DNA from: a virus
IMG/VR virus record: IMGVR_UViG_3300048074_000120
Location: 124,972 to 188,971 of that record
DNA length: 64,000 nucleotides
Reading direction: 5' to 3' (one strand)
Under the pieces are notes generated by a model. The model had not been told where the DNA came from. It was given only the letters and a program-made list of their open reading frames with translations, and ran no database searches. Position numbers and translations under genes: made by a program. Of this stretch, positions 8,067-16,381 are shown piece after piece (the stretch's first letter is position 1; the number at the start of each line of letters is the position of its first letter).

Positions 8067-8683
8067 GCTTCTCTCTCACCAGCAAACCGCACTACCTGTC
8101 CATTGACATCGACTACTGGACAGACTCCGAATTCGGCAAGTTCATTTGGGAATTCGGAAGGTTTCTGCTTGAGAGGCCCAAGGACATCCCCATCACTGCG
8201 GTGATGAACCATCAGCAGCTGCTCTGGAACGTAAACCGCACAAACGTGCAACGTCTAGTGAATATCGATTTCCACTCGGACCTAGTAAGCAGTGATGTGC
8301 AAGAGCTGCATTGTGGTTCCTGGGTCTCCTACGTGCACTGGCGACGCTGGGGCGAATACATCTGGGTTCGCCCGAAGAAAGACCCGAGCATGGGGTCGTG
8401 CAATGGCGAGAACAAGTGGTCTGAAGGCACTGATTGGAAAAAGACCACCGAAGTCATTCGCGATCCCAACTACATGCACCTGCGCACGCTTTATCGAAAC
8501 TGCAAAGGCATCGGCGTCTGCATGAGCCCGGCCTTCGTCAATCAAGCCATGCGCGCCGCTTTCCTCATGCTCATTGCAGAGAATGGAATCCCCTACCGAG
8601 AGGGAGATCCTACAGAACACATCTCTGTGCCGCGCCGCCCGCCTGGCGCAACAAGAAGAAAGTTCAAGCTCGCCAGTGGCTAA
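8063..8683 (+). CDS. UPF0489/arginase-deacetylase-fold-like protein
   Basis: LSIDIDYW, NHQQLL, LVNIDFHSDL, GSWV motifs; ATG 8063 overlaps the upstream stop. Confidence 0.6.
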   Translation: MSFSLTSKPHYLSIDIDYWTDSEFGKFIWEFGRFLLERPKDIPITAVMNHQQLLWNVNRTNVQRLVNIDFHSDLVSSDVQELHCGSWVSYVHWRRWGEYIWVRPKKDPSMGSCNGENKWSEGTDWKKTTEVIRDPNYMHLRTLYRNCKGIGVCMSPAFVNQAMRAAFLMLIAENGIPYREGDPTEHISVPRRPPGATRRKFKLASG

Positions 8684-8684
8684 G

Positions 8685-9164
8685 ATGAAAGACCCAACAG
8701 TCGTTAGGTTTTGGGCCAAGGTCAACAAACTTGGCCCAGTACATCCAACTCTCAAAACCAGGTGCTGGCTATGGACAGCATCCAAAGATAAAGATGGCTA
8801 TGGATTTTTCAAATTTGAAGGGAAGCAGCACAAGGCGCATAGGGTAGCTTTCAAGCTACGTCACGAGAAATGGCCGAGCCCCAATGCCTTACATAAATGT
8901 GATACCCCGAGATGTGTTAGGTGGTCACATCTTCAGGAGGGAACCGTACTAGACAACAACGCTGATCGTACAGCAAAGGGAAGAGGGGCAGTTGGCGTGA
9001 GGAACGGTGGTGGAGCAAAACTCACGGACGCTAGCGTTCGGGAAATTAGGCGACTACACGCCGATGAGGGCTGGTCTTACCGACTGCTCGCGGAACGCTT
9101 CGAAGTTCACAAATCCAGAATCGCCAGGGTAATAACTGGACAAAATTGGAAACACGTAACTTAG
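8685..9164 (+). CDS. HNH homing endonuclease (HNH_3-like) with C-terminal HTH
   Basis: RFWAKVNK...CWLWT...GYG...AHRV...LHKCD..RC..SHL..GT..DN..D..KGR. Confidence 0.9.
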   Translation: MKDPTVVRFWAKVNKLGPVHPTLKTRCWLWTASKDKDGYGFFKFEGKQHKAHRVAFKLRHEKWPSPNALHKCDTPRCVRWSHLQEGTVLDNNADRTAKGRGAVGVRNGGGAKLTDASVREIRRLHADEGWSYRLLAERFEVHKSRIARVITGQNWKHVT

Positions 9165-9436
9165 ATACCGCCGCCAAGGTTGGGCATACGCGCGGCTTTG
9201 GCGGCCATCCTCTTCTCTTTGATGGCTTTGACAATATCCCCACTGGCTCCAAGGCCATAGCCGGCGGCAGCCCCTGCCAAAGGATCTACGCCAACCATCT
9301 TTGCGACCCCGGCTCCGCCTACAGCGCCCAGTGCCGGGCCAAGCTCATGCTTCGCGCCCTCCCAGAAGTTTCCCAGAGCCCCTGAGGCACTGAGTTTCTG
9401 GAGCTCTTCACGCATGAAACCTGCCGCGTTTTCCAT
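9161..9436 (-). CDS. Gly/Ala-rich protein with FMREELQKLS motif (putative virion internal protein)
   Basis: Shares the N-terminal ELxK(L/I/V)(A/S/G) motif with the 45.6-51.5 kb cluster. Confidence 0.65.
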   Translation of the reverse strand: MENAAGFMREELQKLSASGALGNFWEGAKHELGPALGAVGGAGVAKMVGVDPLAGAAAGYGLGASGDIVKAIKEKRMAAKAARMPNLGGGI

Positions 9437-9477
9437 AGGAGTCAATCCTACACCACAGCCAAGAAGAAAGGAATTAC

Positions 9478-9960
9478 ATGCTACCAGCCACAGAGACTAC
9501 TCAAACCAACCTAAGACCCGTTTCCCGCGTGCACATGCAGGTGGGAAGCTATTACACAGCGGCCGACAGCAGCGTCTGGTGCTGCTTTCAGTACAACAAC
9601 GGGGCGTATCACTGCATACGCACGCCGGACAACGTTGTGGCGCGCTTCGAGGCAGACGGCCGCCTTGAGAACGATGATGGAAGCGCCGAAAGCACACTGC
9701 TTGAGCCCTGTCCCATACCCGGGCAAAAGCCCCTCACCATCTTGAGCAGGCTTGATTCAATCCTTCGTCAAGTGGATGAAATCATGACGATGTGCGAAGG
9801 ACAGGCCTCGCAGCTAGCTACACTGTCGCGTAGAATCAATCATCTACGAGGCGTACTTGGCAAGATAGCCAACGGGAAAGTGGCGGGGAATGACGCCGTA
9901 ACATCCGCGCAAGATGCCCTGCTCTGGCTTGCTGACAAAGAATCTAATCCATTCGACTAA
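9478..9960 (+). CDS. hypothetical protein (160 aa)
   Basis: AAGGA SD, ATG. Confidence 0.75.
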   Translation: MLPATETTQTNLRPVSRVHMQVGSYYTAADSSVWCCFQYNNGAYHCIRTPDNVVARFEADGRLENDDGSAESTLLEPCPIPGQKPLTILSRLDSILRQVDEIMTMCEGQASQLATLSRRINHLRGVLGKIANGKVAGNDAVTSAQDALLWLADKESNPFD

Positions 9961-9974
9961 CAGGAGGTACCCAT

Positions 9975-10268
9975 ATGAGCCATTGTATCAAGTGCGAAGA
10001 GGAAGACAACCTCATCCCGTGCAACGTCTGCATGGGCTGGCTATGTAGGAAGCATCGCGTGGGTACCGGTAGCGTTCGTGACGGCTATACCTGCATTGAG
10101 CACATGCTCGGGCCAACCCCTACCAAGCTCGCCCGCCCTAAGAACAAGTACGAAGCACTTGCAGATCTCATCGTCCTTGCCATCTTCGTCATCGCTGCTC
10201 TAGTGATCTACGGGGCTTTTGAATTCTGCAGAACCCTGTGGCCACTAATCGAGGTTACCCATCATTAG
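9975..10268 (+). CDS. zinc-finger-like protein with C-terminal TM helix
   Basis: GGAGG SD; CxxC, CxxC, C..H pattern; hydrophobic LIVLAIFVIAALVIYGAF. Confidence 0.7.
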   Translation: MSHCIKCEEEDNLIPCNVCMGWLCRKHRVGTGSVRDGYTCIEHMLGPTPTKLARPKNKYEALADLIVLAIFVIAALVIYGAFEFCRTLWPLIEVTHH

Positions 10269-10270
10269 CC

Positions 10271-10525
10271 ATGGTCGAACGCTACAAACGACAGTGCTCC
10301 TGTGGCCAAACCACAGGGCTATTTCAGTGCGAACGCTGCCGCCAATGGACTTGCGGCAGGCATGGCATCGCAATCAAAGCTGCAGAGCCAATCCGCATGC
10401 ACTCAGCCCCACCGAAAATGGACAAGGCTGTATTCATCTCAGCAGTGGTCATGGGCATGTGCCTTGGCGTCATCGTCATGCTTTTGATACAAGCAGGAAT
10501 CATTATTCACCATGCCCACCAATGA
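10271..10525 (+). CDS. zinc-finger-like protein with C-terminal TM helix
   Basis: CSC..CERC..C..H then hydrophobic segment; same architecture as the upstream ORF. Confidence 0.65.
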   Translation: MVERYKRQCSCGQTTGLFQCERCRQWTCGRHGIAIKAAEPIRMHSAPPKMDKAVFISAVVMGMCLGVIVMLLIQAGIIIHHAHQ

Positions 10526-10886
10526 GCTCCGCTTCGATTGCTGCCGGTGTCTGCGACGAAAGAGCGGAAAGCAAGCCAAGGTAAAAATCACTGGCGTGGG
10601 CGGCGTCATCCGCATCGAGTGCGATACGTGCCACGAGTCCGTACGCCAGAAGATCCTGCGCTACGTGCAGAGCGGGCGCTGGAGACTCGAGACAACCATC
10701 ATCCGCTACATATGCAAGTACGAAGGTACCTGGGATGAATCGCGCGTAATTGATGAGCTCTTTCGCCTGGTGCAGGAGAAGAAGATCGAATGGTTTGGGG
10801 CGGAAGACTCATTGTCCAAGCCCCTCAAGTACCGTTACTTGAAAGGCATCTACACAAATGATAACGCAGTCAACCTCGCGAGCTAA
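10512..10886 (+). CDS. hypothetical zinc-ribbon protein (124 aa)
   Basis: CCRC ... CDTC. Confidence 0.65.
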   Translation: MPTNELRFDCCRCLRRKSGKQAKVKITGVGGVIRIECDTCHESVRQKILRYVQSGRWRLETTIIRYICKYEGTWDESRVIDELFRLVQEKKIEWFGAEDSLSKPLKYRYLKGIYTNDNAVNLAS

Positions 10887-10889
10887 CCC

Positions 10890-11123
10890 ATGCCGAGAAC
10901 GCTAGTTCTACTCGCCACCGCCTGCATCGATGACGGAGAGCATTGCTCTTGGTCGTGTCCGTTGTTCTGCAGGGAAGGGGGCGCGCATTGCAAACAGGTG
11001 GACCCAGACAAGTTCACTAAGTCTAACCTTAGAAGGACAGCGCTCATCCTTGATGGCAAGAAAGAGTTGTACTTGCGCACATCACTCTGCAAAACCACGA
11101 GCCTGCCCATCCCGGGCTCGTAG
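10890..11123 (+). CDS. hypothetical Cys-rich protein (77 aa)
   Basis: ATG 3 nt after the upstream stop; terminator follows. Confidence 0.6.
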   Translation: MPRTLVLLATACIDDGEHCSWSCPLFCREGGAHCKQVDPDKFTKSNLRRTALILDGKKELYLRTSLCKTTSLPIPGS

Positions 11124-11131
11124 TTGACTGG

Positions 11132-11160
11132 AACGGTGCCTGCGACCGTTTCTTAGCTCC
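11132..11160 (+). terminator. hairpin + TTCTTAGCTCC element
   Basis: AACGGT-gcctgcg-ACCGTT TCTTAGCTCC abutting the next promoter. Confidence 0.6.
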
Positions 11161-11188
11161 GCAATCCACCGCAAGAATCGGGGATAAG
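11161..11188 (+). promoter_or_regulatory. phage promoter motif GCAA-N15-GGGGATAAG
   Basis: Consensus copy; AGAAGGAG and ATG 11203 follow. Confidence 0.8.
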
Positions 11189-11202
11189 AAAGGTAGAAGG
11201 AG

Positions 11203-11742
11203 ATGTGTAACATGAAGCGCAACTACAAGTTTTTCGTCCTCTGTGCGGTGCTGCTCACTTTGGCCAACTTGAGCTTTAGCGTGTACGCCCGCTCGCTCTC
11301 CCTCAAGCCTTCCCTCGTGTGCGAGAACCTCCAAAAAGCAGGCCTCGTTACCAAGTGCCAAGAAGGAGCCCCTTGGGCCTTCACGGTCACCAGGTACACG
11401 GCCCAATGGGAGTTCGAGCCGACCGGTGCTGAGGTCTTCAAGTGCTACACCGTCACAGACGGCCTTACGCACGTGCCCTGCCTGTTTAGGGGCACCGTGG
11501 CTCAGTTTGCCAGCGACGCCGACCTCGAGGCAGGCCTGGCTCAGATTCGCCAGCAGAACTACCGCAAGCACAGTGTGGCAGATTTGCAGGCAAACGTTAC
11601 CCGGGCGGACACCACGCTCGAGCAGTACGACTTCGAGGTATTGCGTGCAGAGCACCTGCTCGTCATCTTCCCCATCACGGAGAACCTTGGCGACATGCAA
11701 CGTGCTCTGTTGCAAATGAATGGCAGCTTCGAAGGGCTGTGA
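11203..11742 (+). CDS. exported or membrane-anchored hypothetical protein (179 aa)
   Basis: Basic then hydrophobic N-terminus (KRNYKFFVLCAVLLTLANLSFSVYA). Confidence 0.8.
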   Translation: MCNMKRNYKFFVLCAVLLTLANLSFSVYARSLSLKPSLVCENLQKAGLVTKCQEGAPWAFTVTRYTAQWEFEPTGAEVFKCYTVTDGLTHVPCLFRGTVAQFASDADLEAGLAQIRQQNYRKHSVADLQANVTRADTTLEQYDFEVLRAEHLLVIFPITENLGDMQRALLQMNGSFEGL

Positions 11743-11761
11743 CTTGTGCCGAAGGGGCTGC

Positions 11762-12382
11762 CTAGGGCTGCTCTTTCGTAGCGTCGTATCGTCCCAGGTT
11801 GGCCATCTTCAGCCTCCTGAGCTCGACGGCGCGCTCGATGAACATCACGGCCTGCTCCGCCGAGAAGGGCTTGGCAAGGAAGCAGAAGGCCCCTAACTCC
11901 CTTGCTTTCATGGTCCCTCCCTCATAGCCGCTGATCATGATGACCTCAACTGTGGGGTACTCCCTACGTACATATTCGAGGAGCGTATGCCCGTTCTTCG
12001 GCATGATCGCATCAGCCATGACCACATCGATATCGGGAGTACCCGCCAAAATCTCCATGGCTTGGGTGCTGTTCTCTGCACCAAAAACCGTCATCCCAGA
12101 ATCCTCGAGGATGCGCACTAGCGCCTTTCGCACATCCTCGTAATCATCCACCACCAGAACAGTGGCCCCCTTCACGCTCGTGACAACCCGCTTTCGAAGG
12201 GGACAGTCTAGTCCGCAGTTCTCACCCTGGATCAAGCCTTGAACCGTCAGATCATCCCTCAACTTGCCCAAATCCCGTTGCCATTGGTCCCGCAGCACAT
12301 TGAGCTCTTCAGTCCAAAGTGTCCGGATACGGTCTGCGGTCTTGTCGGCTACGGTTTGAGCTAGTTGAAGAAGATCCGTCAC
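11762..12382 (-). CDS. response regulator: N-terminal helical domain + CheY-like receiver domain
   Basis: VLVVDD, VVMADAIMP (phospho-Asp), IMISG, LAKPF. Confidence 0.92.
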   Translation of the reverse strand: MTDLLQLAQTVADKTADRIRTLWTEELNVLRDQWQRDLGKLRDDLTVQGLIQGENCGLDCPLRKRVVTSVKGATVLVVDDYEDVRKALVRILEDSGMTVFGAENSTQAMEILAGTPDIDVVMADAIMPKNGHTLLEYVRREYPTVEVIMISGYEGGTMKARELGAFCFLAKPFSAEQAVMFIERAVELRRLKMANLGRYDATKEQP

Positions 12383-12392
12383 GGCATGTACC

Positions 12393-12429
12393 TCGTATCT
12401 AAAATACCAGAGATACGATTTTTAGCCCA
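12393..12429 (+). terminator. hairpin + TTTTTAGCCC element
   Basis: TCGTATCT...AGATACGA TTTTTAGCCCA between two minus-strand genes. Confidence 0.5.
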
Positions 12430-12906
12430 CTAGACACTGAAGGTGATGCTGCCTCGGAGAATCCTCTTCCACGCCGATCCGATGGCAACATAGACGACGC
12501 ACTCGTCTGGAACTATCTCTCCATAGTGGTTCGGTGTGTCGTCATCTATGCTCAAATTCTCGCTACCTTCGTTGAGTACCCAAATGGTGTGGCCCGACCA
12601 AAAGGAGTTACGCACGAAGATGAACTTCCTGCCAGCGGTGGTCGGGGCAAGTGAAACTACATCCTTCACGTGATCGGGGTCGATGGTGTAACTCACATCC
12701 CCAAGCTCGAGCACCCTAGACTTACGAGTAAGCGTATCCCCAGGCACTGGGTCTTCCTGAACGATACATTGATTAACAAGGGTATCCGTTGGGGAACTGA
12801 TACCAAACTGCATATGCCCCTTGGTGTTCAATCCGCCATTTGCATTGAGCGCTCCGCCTATAGAAACCCCAGTACCGCAAAGAACTTGACTACGAAAAAT
12901 TGGCAT
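12430..12906 (-). CDS. hypothetical beta-rich protein, possibly virion-associated (158 aa)
   Basis: Gly/Ser/Thr/Val-rich composition. Confidence 0.7.
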   Translation of the reverse strand: MPIFRSQVLCGTGVSIGGALNANGGLNTKGHMQFGISSPTDTLVNQCIVQEDPVPGDTLTRKSRVLELGDVSYTIDPDHVKDVVSLAPTTAGRKFIFVRNSFWSGHTIWVLNEGSENLSIDDDTPNHYGEIVPDECVVYVAIGSAWKRILRGSITFSV

Positions 12907-12973
12907 CGCGTACTCCTGGCCAATCCTAGCATGACGCCCCCGTTGATCGGGACCTCTCTAGTCCATCAACTAG

Positions 12974-13001
12974 GCAAATTGCCGGTCATTTCAGGGATAA
13001 G
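12974..13001 (+). promoter_or_regulatory. phage promoter motif GCAA-N15-AGGGATAAG
   Basis: Consensus copy; AGAAGGAGG and ATG 13023 follow. Confidence 0.8.
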
Positions 13002-13022
13002 AAGGATAGAAGGAGGACTGCC

Positions 13023-13292
13023 ATGATCGGAAACATCACGCCGTCAGAACTGAGGTCAATCAACGTCCTCATGTACTTGCAAAGGATCGCTGGCATCGAT
13101 GTGAGTTTTGAAGAAGCTATTGAAGGCTGGAGAGCCCTCAGCGCTGCAGCTCAGGAGCAAATCATCACCGCAGTCGAGACAGCAAAGTTCATCAAGACCA
13201 GTTACCAAATGGGGAGGCAGCATGGAAACAAGACAAGCCAGACTTTACAAGGAACAACTACGGGAGAGCGCCACAGTACAGACCCTAATTGA
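13023..13292 (+). CDS. hypothetical protein (89 aa)
   Basis: SD plus ATG after the promoter. Confidence 0.75.
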   Translation: MIGNITPSELRSINVLMYLQRIAGIDVSFEEAIEGWRALSAAAQEQIITAVETAKFIKTSYQMGRQHGNKTSQTLQGTTTGERHSTDPN

Positions 13293-13494
13293 GTCTGAAC
13301 GCGGCACCGCCTCGGCGTCCTTTGGAAATGGGCTCGCAGGAGTGACCATCGTGGACAACCATCTACGAAGGAGCCATGCTTTACTAACCATCGAGGGCAT
13401 CGACAAGCTCATCGAGGAGCTAAAAATTGCGCGAGCTCATCTCGAGTTCGAAGCACAATTGGCAATGCTGCCTCGATACAAGACGGTCGGGTGA
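13222..13494 (+). CDS. hypothetical protein (90 aa)
   Basis: GGAGG SD and ATG 13222. Confidence 0.7.
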   Translation: METRQARLYKEQLRESATVQTLIESERGTASASFGNGLAGVTIVDNHLRRSHALLTIEGIDKLIEELKIARAHLEFEAQLAMLPRYKTVG

Positions 13495-13501
13495 GAACAG
13501 G

Positions 13502-13541
13502 AAAGGCGCATCCCCTAGGGAACACGCCTTTTCTTAGCCCC
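13502..13541 (+). terminator. hairpin + TTTTCTTAGCCCC element
   Basis: AAAGGCG...CGCCTTTT CTTAGCCCC at a convergent junction. Confidence 0.7.
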
Positions 13542-13650
13542 GCTTTCGCACCTCCCAGCCGGTAATTGCCACAAAGAAGAGAATGGCCACAGAGAGACAG
13601 GTCAACAGCTCTTTCACGATCCTGAGGATAGTGTCAACTACCACAATCAT
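13534..13650 (-). CDS. small membrane protein (38 aa, not in ORF track)
   Basis: MIVVVDTILRIVKELLTCLSVAILFFVAITGWEVRKRG; ATGA overlap with the upstream ORF; its TAA lies inside the TTAGCCCC element. Confidence 0.55.
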   Translation of the reverse strand: MIVVVDTILRIVKELLTCLSVAILFFVAITGWEVRKRG

Positions 13651-13871
13651 TCGAGCTTCTCCTCGGACCAAGCTTTTAGTAGCACCTCTTTTGCCAGCTC
13701 CACCGGCGCCGCCAGTTCTATGTAACTGTGGCTGAGATCGTGGGCAGACGCTGCGGCCATACTGGCTACTTTTTCCTGTGAGGTGGGTAACTCCTCCAGG
13801 AGTTCGAGCGCCTTGCGCAAGGCTATGGTGAGCCCCCTAGAGAGTCGGAGTCTTTGAGGCAGTCTTCGCAA
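13647..13871 (-). CDS. hypothetical protein (74 aa)
   Basis: Packed operon ORF. Confidence 0.55.
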   Translation of the reverse strand: MRRLPQRLRLSRGLTIALRKALELLEELPTSQEKVASMAAASAHDLSHSYIELAAPVELAKEVLLKAWSEEKLE

Positions 13872-13926
13872 CTATGGTGAATATCGACTTCATCCTCGCC
13901 GCGCAAGCAGTTATCGCAGCGGCAGC

Positions 13927-14157
13927 TCACCGCGGCCTTGCTTTCTGCTGACGAGGAACGTTGTGCACGTTTTGGTCGCTCTGAGTAACGAAGACATCTT
14001 CTTCGCACATCTTTCGTAGCCTAGCAGCCACCCCTTGTAGCCATTCCCCGGTCTTGTTGGCGGTCACATCCCGGATAATCATGAGTCCCTTGCCCCGCCG
14101 TTCAAGGAGGTTGGCGCAGGACTCAACGTCCTTTTTTGCCTCTTCCTCGTAACTCAT
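13927..14157 (-). CDS. hypothetical protein (76 aa)
   Basis: ATGA overlap at 14154-14157. Confidence 0.6.
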   Translation of the reverse strand: MSYEEEAKKDVESCANLLERRGKGLMIIRDVTANKTGEWLQGVAARLRKMCEEDVFVTQSDQNVHNVPRQQKARPR

Positions 14158-14468
14158 AGCGGCACCCTGTGCGCGGTTACACTCAGAAGTCTCTGATCGA
14201 AACGCTCGAATAGCATGCACCGAATAGTGTGCTCCATCGTCGCATCGTCCATCGGGTTACCCTGCATGCGCCGGTCGAGTTCATCGAAGATTTCTTCCAC
14301 GGTCATGCCGCACTTGTCCAATGCTTCGTACATGTCATCGTCGGTGGCGTACGGGGGAAGTCTGTCCTGTACAGCGAGTTCGGTGAGTTGAATCACTTCC
14401 CTTCGATGAAACGGTAGCCACGTCCCCTGCCAGTCGTGTAGTACTTGATTTCTTTCTGCCATCTCCAT
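14154..14468 (-). CDS. hypothetical protein (104 aa)
   Basis: Packed operon ORF. Confidence 0.65.
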   Translation of the reverse strand: MEMAERNQVLHDWQGTWLPFHRREVIQLTELAVQDRLPPYATDDDMYEALDKCGMTVEEIFDELDRRMQGNPMDDATMEHTIRCMLFERFDQRLLSVTAHRVPL

Positions 14469-14670
14469 TCACTCGCTTTCCACAGAACGGGCAACAGTTG
14501 AGCTCGATAAAACTGCCAGGCTCCTTTCGACTGCTGTGCATCCTGGCTATGAGCTTTGTGGTAAACCTGCCCGTTTTGAATACCAACAACTGCTCGCGCA
14601 TGATGCCAAGACGATCAGAAGGTCGAACACGGGAAAGGACAAGATCCATCCCCGGACAACACTCTTTCAT
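14335..14670 (-). CDS. hypothetical zinc-ribbon protein
   Basis: ECC ... NCCPFCG; AGGAG SD. Confidence 0.55.
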   Translation of the reverse strand: MKECCPGMDLVLSRVRPSDRLGIMREQLLVFKTGRFTTKLIARMHSSRKEPGSFIELNCCPFCGKRVNGDGRKKSSTTRLAGDVATVSSKGSDSTHRTRCTGQTSPVRHRR

Positions 14671-14992
14671 GAATGCTCCTTCCTAGGTTGATGCCCTCAG
14701 TGAGTAGCCTATCTCGGTATTCGTTGTAGTCCTCACCGGTTTCCGGGTGATGCCAATCTTCCCAACCTGGAATGCCGCTACCGACTACATCCTCCGAGTA
14801 GACCACAAGGTAGCTTGCATTGCAGTAATCTGGCTTGATGCTGTGCCTGAGTTGAAACAAGTCGTAGTCCGATAGAATCTCAATCAAGCGTATGCCTTCT
14901 TCCACCGAACTGACATCGGTGGCGAAGAACTCCATGGGGACCCGAGGTATGTGGTGCACCTGCAAGTCCCCTTTCTTGTACTGCTTATCCAT
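14615..14992 (-). CDS. P22 gp17-like protein (Gp17 superinfection-exclusion family)
   Basis: HIPRVPM..F..DVSSVEEG..LI..L.DYDLFQ..H.IKPDYCNA matches the recalled P22 gp17 signature. Confidence 0.75.
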   Translation of the reverse strand: MDKQYKKGDLQVHHIPRVPMEFFATDVSSVEEGIRLIEILSDYDLFQLRHSIKPDYCNASYLVVYSEDVVGSGIPGWEDWHHPETGEDYNEYRDRLLTEGINLGRSIHERVLSGDGSCPFPCSTF

Positions 14993-15001
14993 GCGGTTCC
15001 C

Positions 15002-15424
15002 TCACTGACACAGGCTTTTCTTCGCCTGCCCCCCTGTAGCATCTGGCAGCCAGCCCTTGTCGATGGCGATGTACTTTCGCACACCATCCATCCACCAAAC
15101 GTGCCAAATGCTAGCGTCTGTTAGCAGTTTATCTTGAATGCTGTCCCAAGACTCATCATCCCAGAGGCTGCGGATCGCTTCGATGCTCTCTGGTTTCCCG
15201 TTCCTAAGCGTTCTTGAAATCCAGTCAATGAGCAAGTTGGTGTAGTAGTTGACCTCTTCAGCGGTCACCTCGTCATTGCTTAGGTGCGCGTACGTCACCA
15301 GCAAGTTGAGCACTTTTTGAGTGATTACCGCGGGGCTTAGTCTTCCCTGCTCTGCCGTCACGAACAGCCGATGTATTTCCTCCCGGAGTCCCGGGTCGTC
15401 CGTATTCACTGATACTGATGGCAT
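15002..15424 (-). CDS. hypothetical protein (140 aa)
   Basis: ATG ORF in operon. Confidence 0.7.
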   Translation of the reverse strand: MPSVSVNTDDPGLREEIHRLFVTAEQGRLSPAVITQKVLNLLVTYAHLSNDEVTAEEVNYYTNLLIDWISRTLRNGKPESIEAIRSLWDDESWDSIQDKLLTDASIWHVWWMDGVRKYIAIDKGWLPDATGGQAKKSLCQ

Positions 15425-15674
15425 TGGCTATCCTTTCTTGCTCCGCCCGAGCAAATGCACGAATGAAAGTGCGGGCCTCTCGAATTGTCTCAAAGCCCTT
15501 ACTACGTCTCTTATACCGCTTCCAATACACAAATGTGGGGCTCAACGAGTTGACGTACCACCACTGGATACCGATCCTGCCGTCGTCATAAATGACGGGC
15601 TGCAGGTCTAGCGTGTTTCTTCCGTCTGGGATTACTTCCGGTTTTCCCGCTTTTCTATACCCTTGTTTGCTCAT
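15273..15674 (-). CDS. hypothetical protein (133 aa)
   Basis: ATG ORF in operon. Confidence 0.6.
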   Translation of the reverse strand: MSKQGYRKAGKPEVIPDGRNTLDLQPVIYDDGRIGIQWWYVNSLSPTFVYWKRYKRRSKGFETIREARTFIRAFARAEQERIANAISISEYGRPGTPGGNTSAVRDGRAGKTKPRGNHSKSAQLAGDVRAPKQ

Positions 15675-16002
15675 CGTAGTACTCCGGTCCGAGTATGACT
15701 TTCCAACGTTTGAGGAGGGTCTCGCCTGGGAGAAGAACCCTGTATTGCTTGAAGCTCTGGTCCACTAGGTAGAGCTTGTTACGCATCAGGTACTTCATCA
15801 CGCGGGCGGCCATGAGCTTGGTTTGAAGTTCTGTCAGAAAGCCGTGGATACACAGAAATTCCGTTACATCAACAACACGCTGTGCGATATCTCGGCGCAG
15901 CTTAAGTTCAAGATTTCTCGGGCTTTTCTTTACCCTTAGCTTTTTCGCTACCGCTTTCGCTTTTTGGGGCGAGTAGTGCTTCTCACTTCTTTTCTTCCTC
16001 AT
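15655..16002 (-). CDS. basic hypothetical protein (115 aa)
   Basis: K/R-rich ORF in operon. Confidence 0.65.
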   Translation of the reverse strand: MRKKRSEKHYSPQKAKAVAKKLRVKKSPRNLELKLRRDIAQRVVDVTEFLCIHGFLTELQTKLMAARVMKYLMRNKLYLVDQSFKQYRVLLPGETLLKRWKVILGPEYYDEQTRV

Positions 16003-16168
16003 CGTTGTACTCCTTGATCATGCTTTTGAAGTTCTTGTGGTCCCTACGGGCTTTGCTGAGAAAACGCACCAGAGCCCAAATACCTATGGCCCCGAACAGG
16101 GCTACCCACAGCAGAAAGCTGATAAGGCTCTCTTGCATGCGGTAGCCCATGTAATCGGTGAAGGTCAT
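15983..16168 (-). CDS. small membrane protein (61 aa)
   Basis: One TM segment LISFLLWVALFGAIGIWALVRF. Confidence 0.65.
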   Translation of the reverse strand: MTFTDYMGYRMQESLISFLLWVALFGAIGIWALVRFLSKARRDHKNFKSMIKEYNDEEEKK

Positions 16169-16381
16169 TTACCCCGAGTCATCCTCAAGAAGTACATGGC
16201 CATTCTCGAGTGCAGTCATGATGCCCTGTACAGTGGGCTCTTCGCAGGAAGGGCATTCGTAGCCATCGGCATCAGGCTCAATTCCGTGCGCAGTGGCATT
16301 GCAGCTCGTGCAGATGCCTTCCATATTGTCCTCTCGACGATGGTATTCCTCGAGAGTGATTATTTGCGTGTTGTCAGCCAT
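16169..16381 (-). CDS. phage zinc-ribbon protein
   Basis: GICTSC...IEPDA..YECPSC...VQG. Confidence 0.7.
   Translation of the reverse strand: MADNTQIITLEEYHRREDNMEGICTSCNATAHGIEPDADGYECPSCEEPTVQGIMTALENGHVLLEDDSG

Noticed and set aside
12993-13541. Interpreting GGGG...CCCC-bounded units as IS/Tn3-type transposons or Xer/dif or attC sites
   Set aside because: No transposase, integrase or target-site duplication visible; spacing (19-21 nt) and sequence do not fit dif (11-6-11) or attC. Kept only as an open cassette hypothesis.
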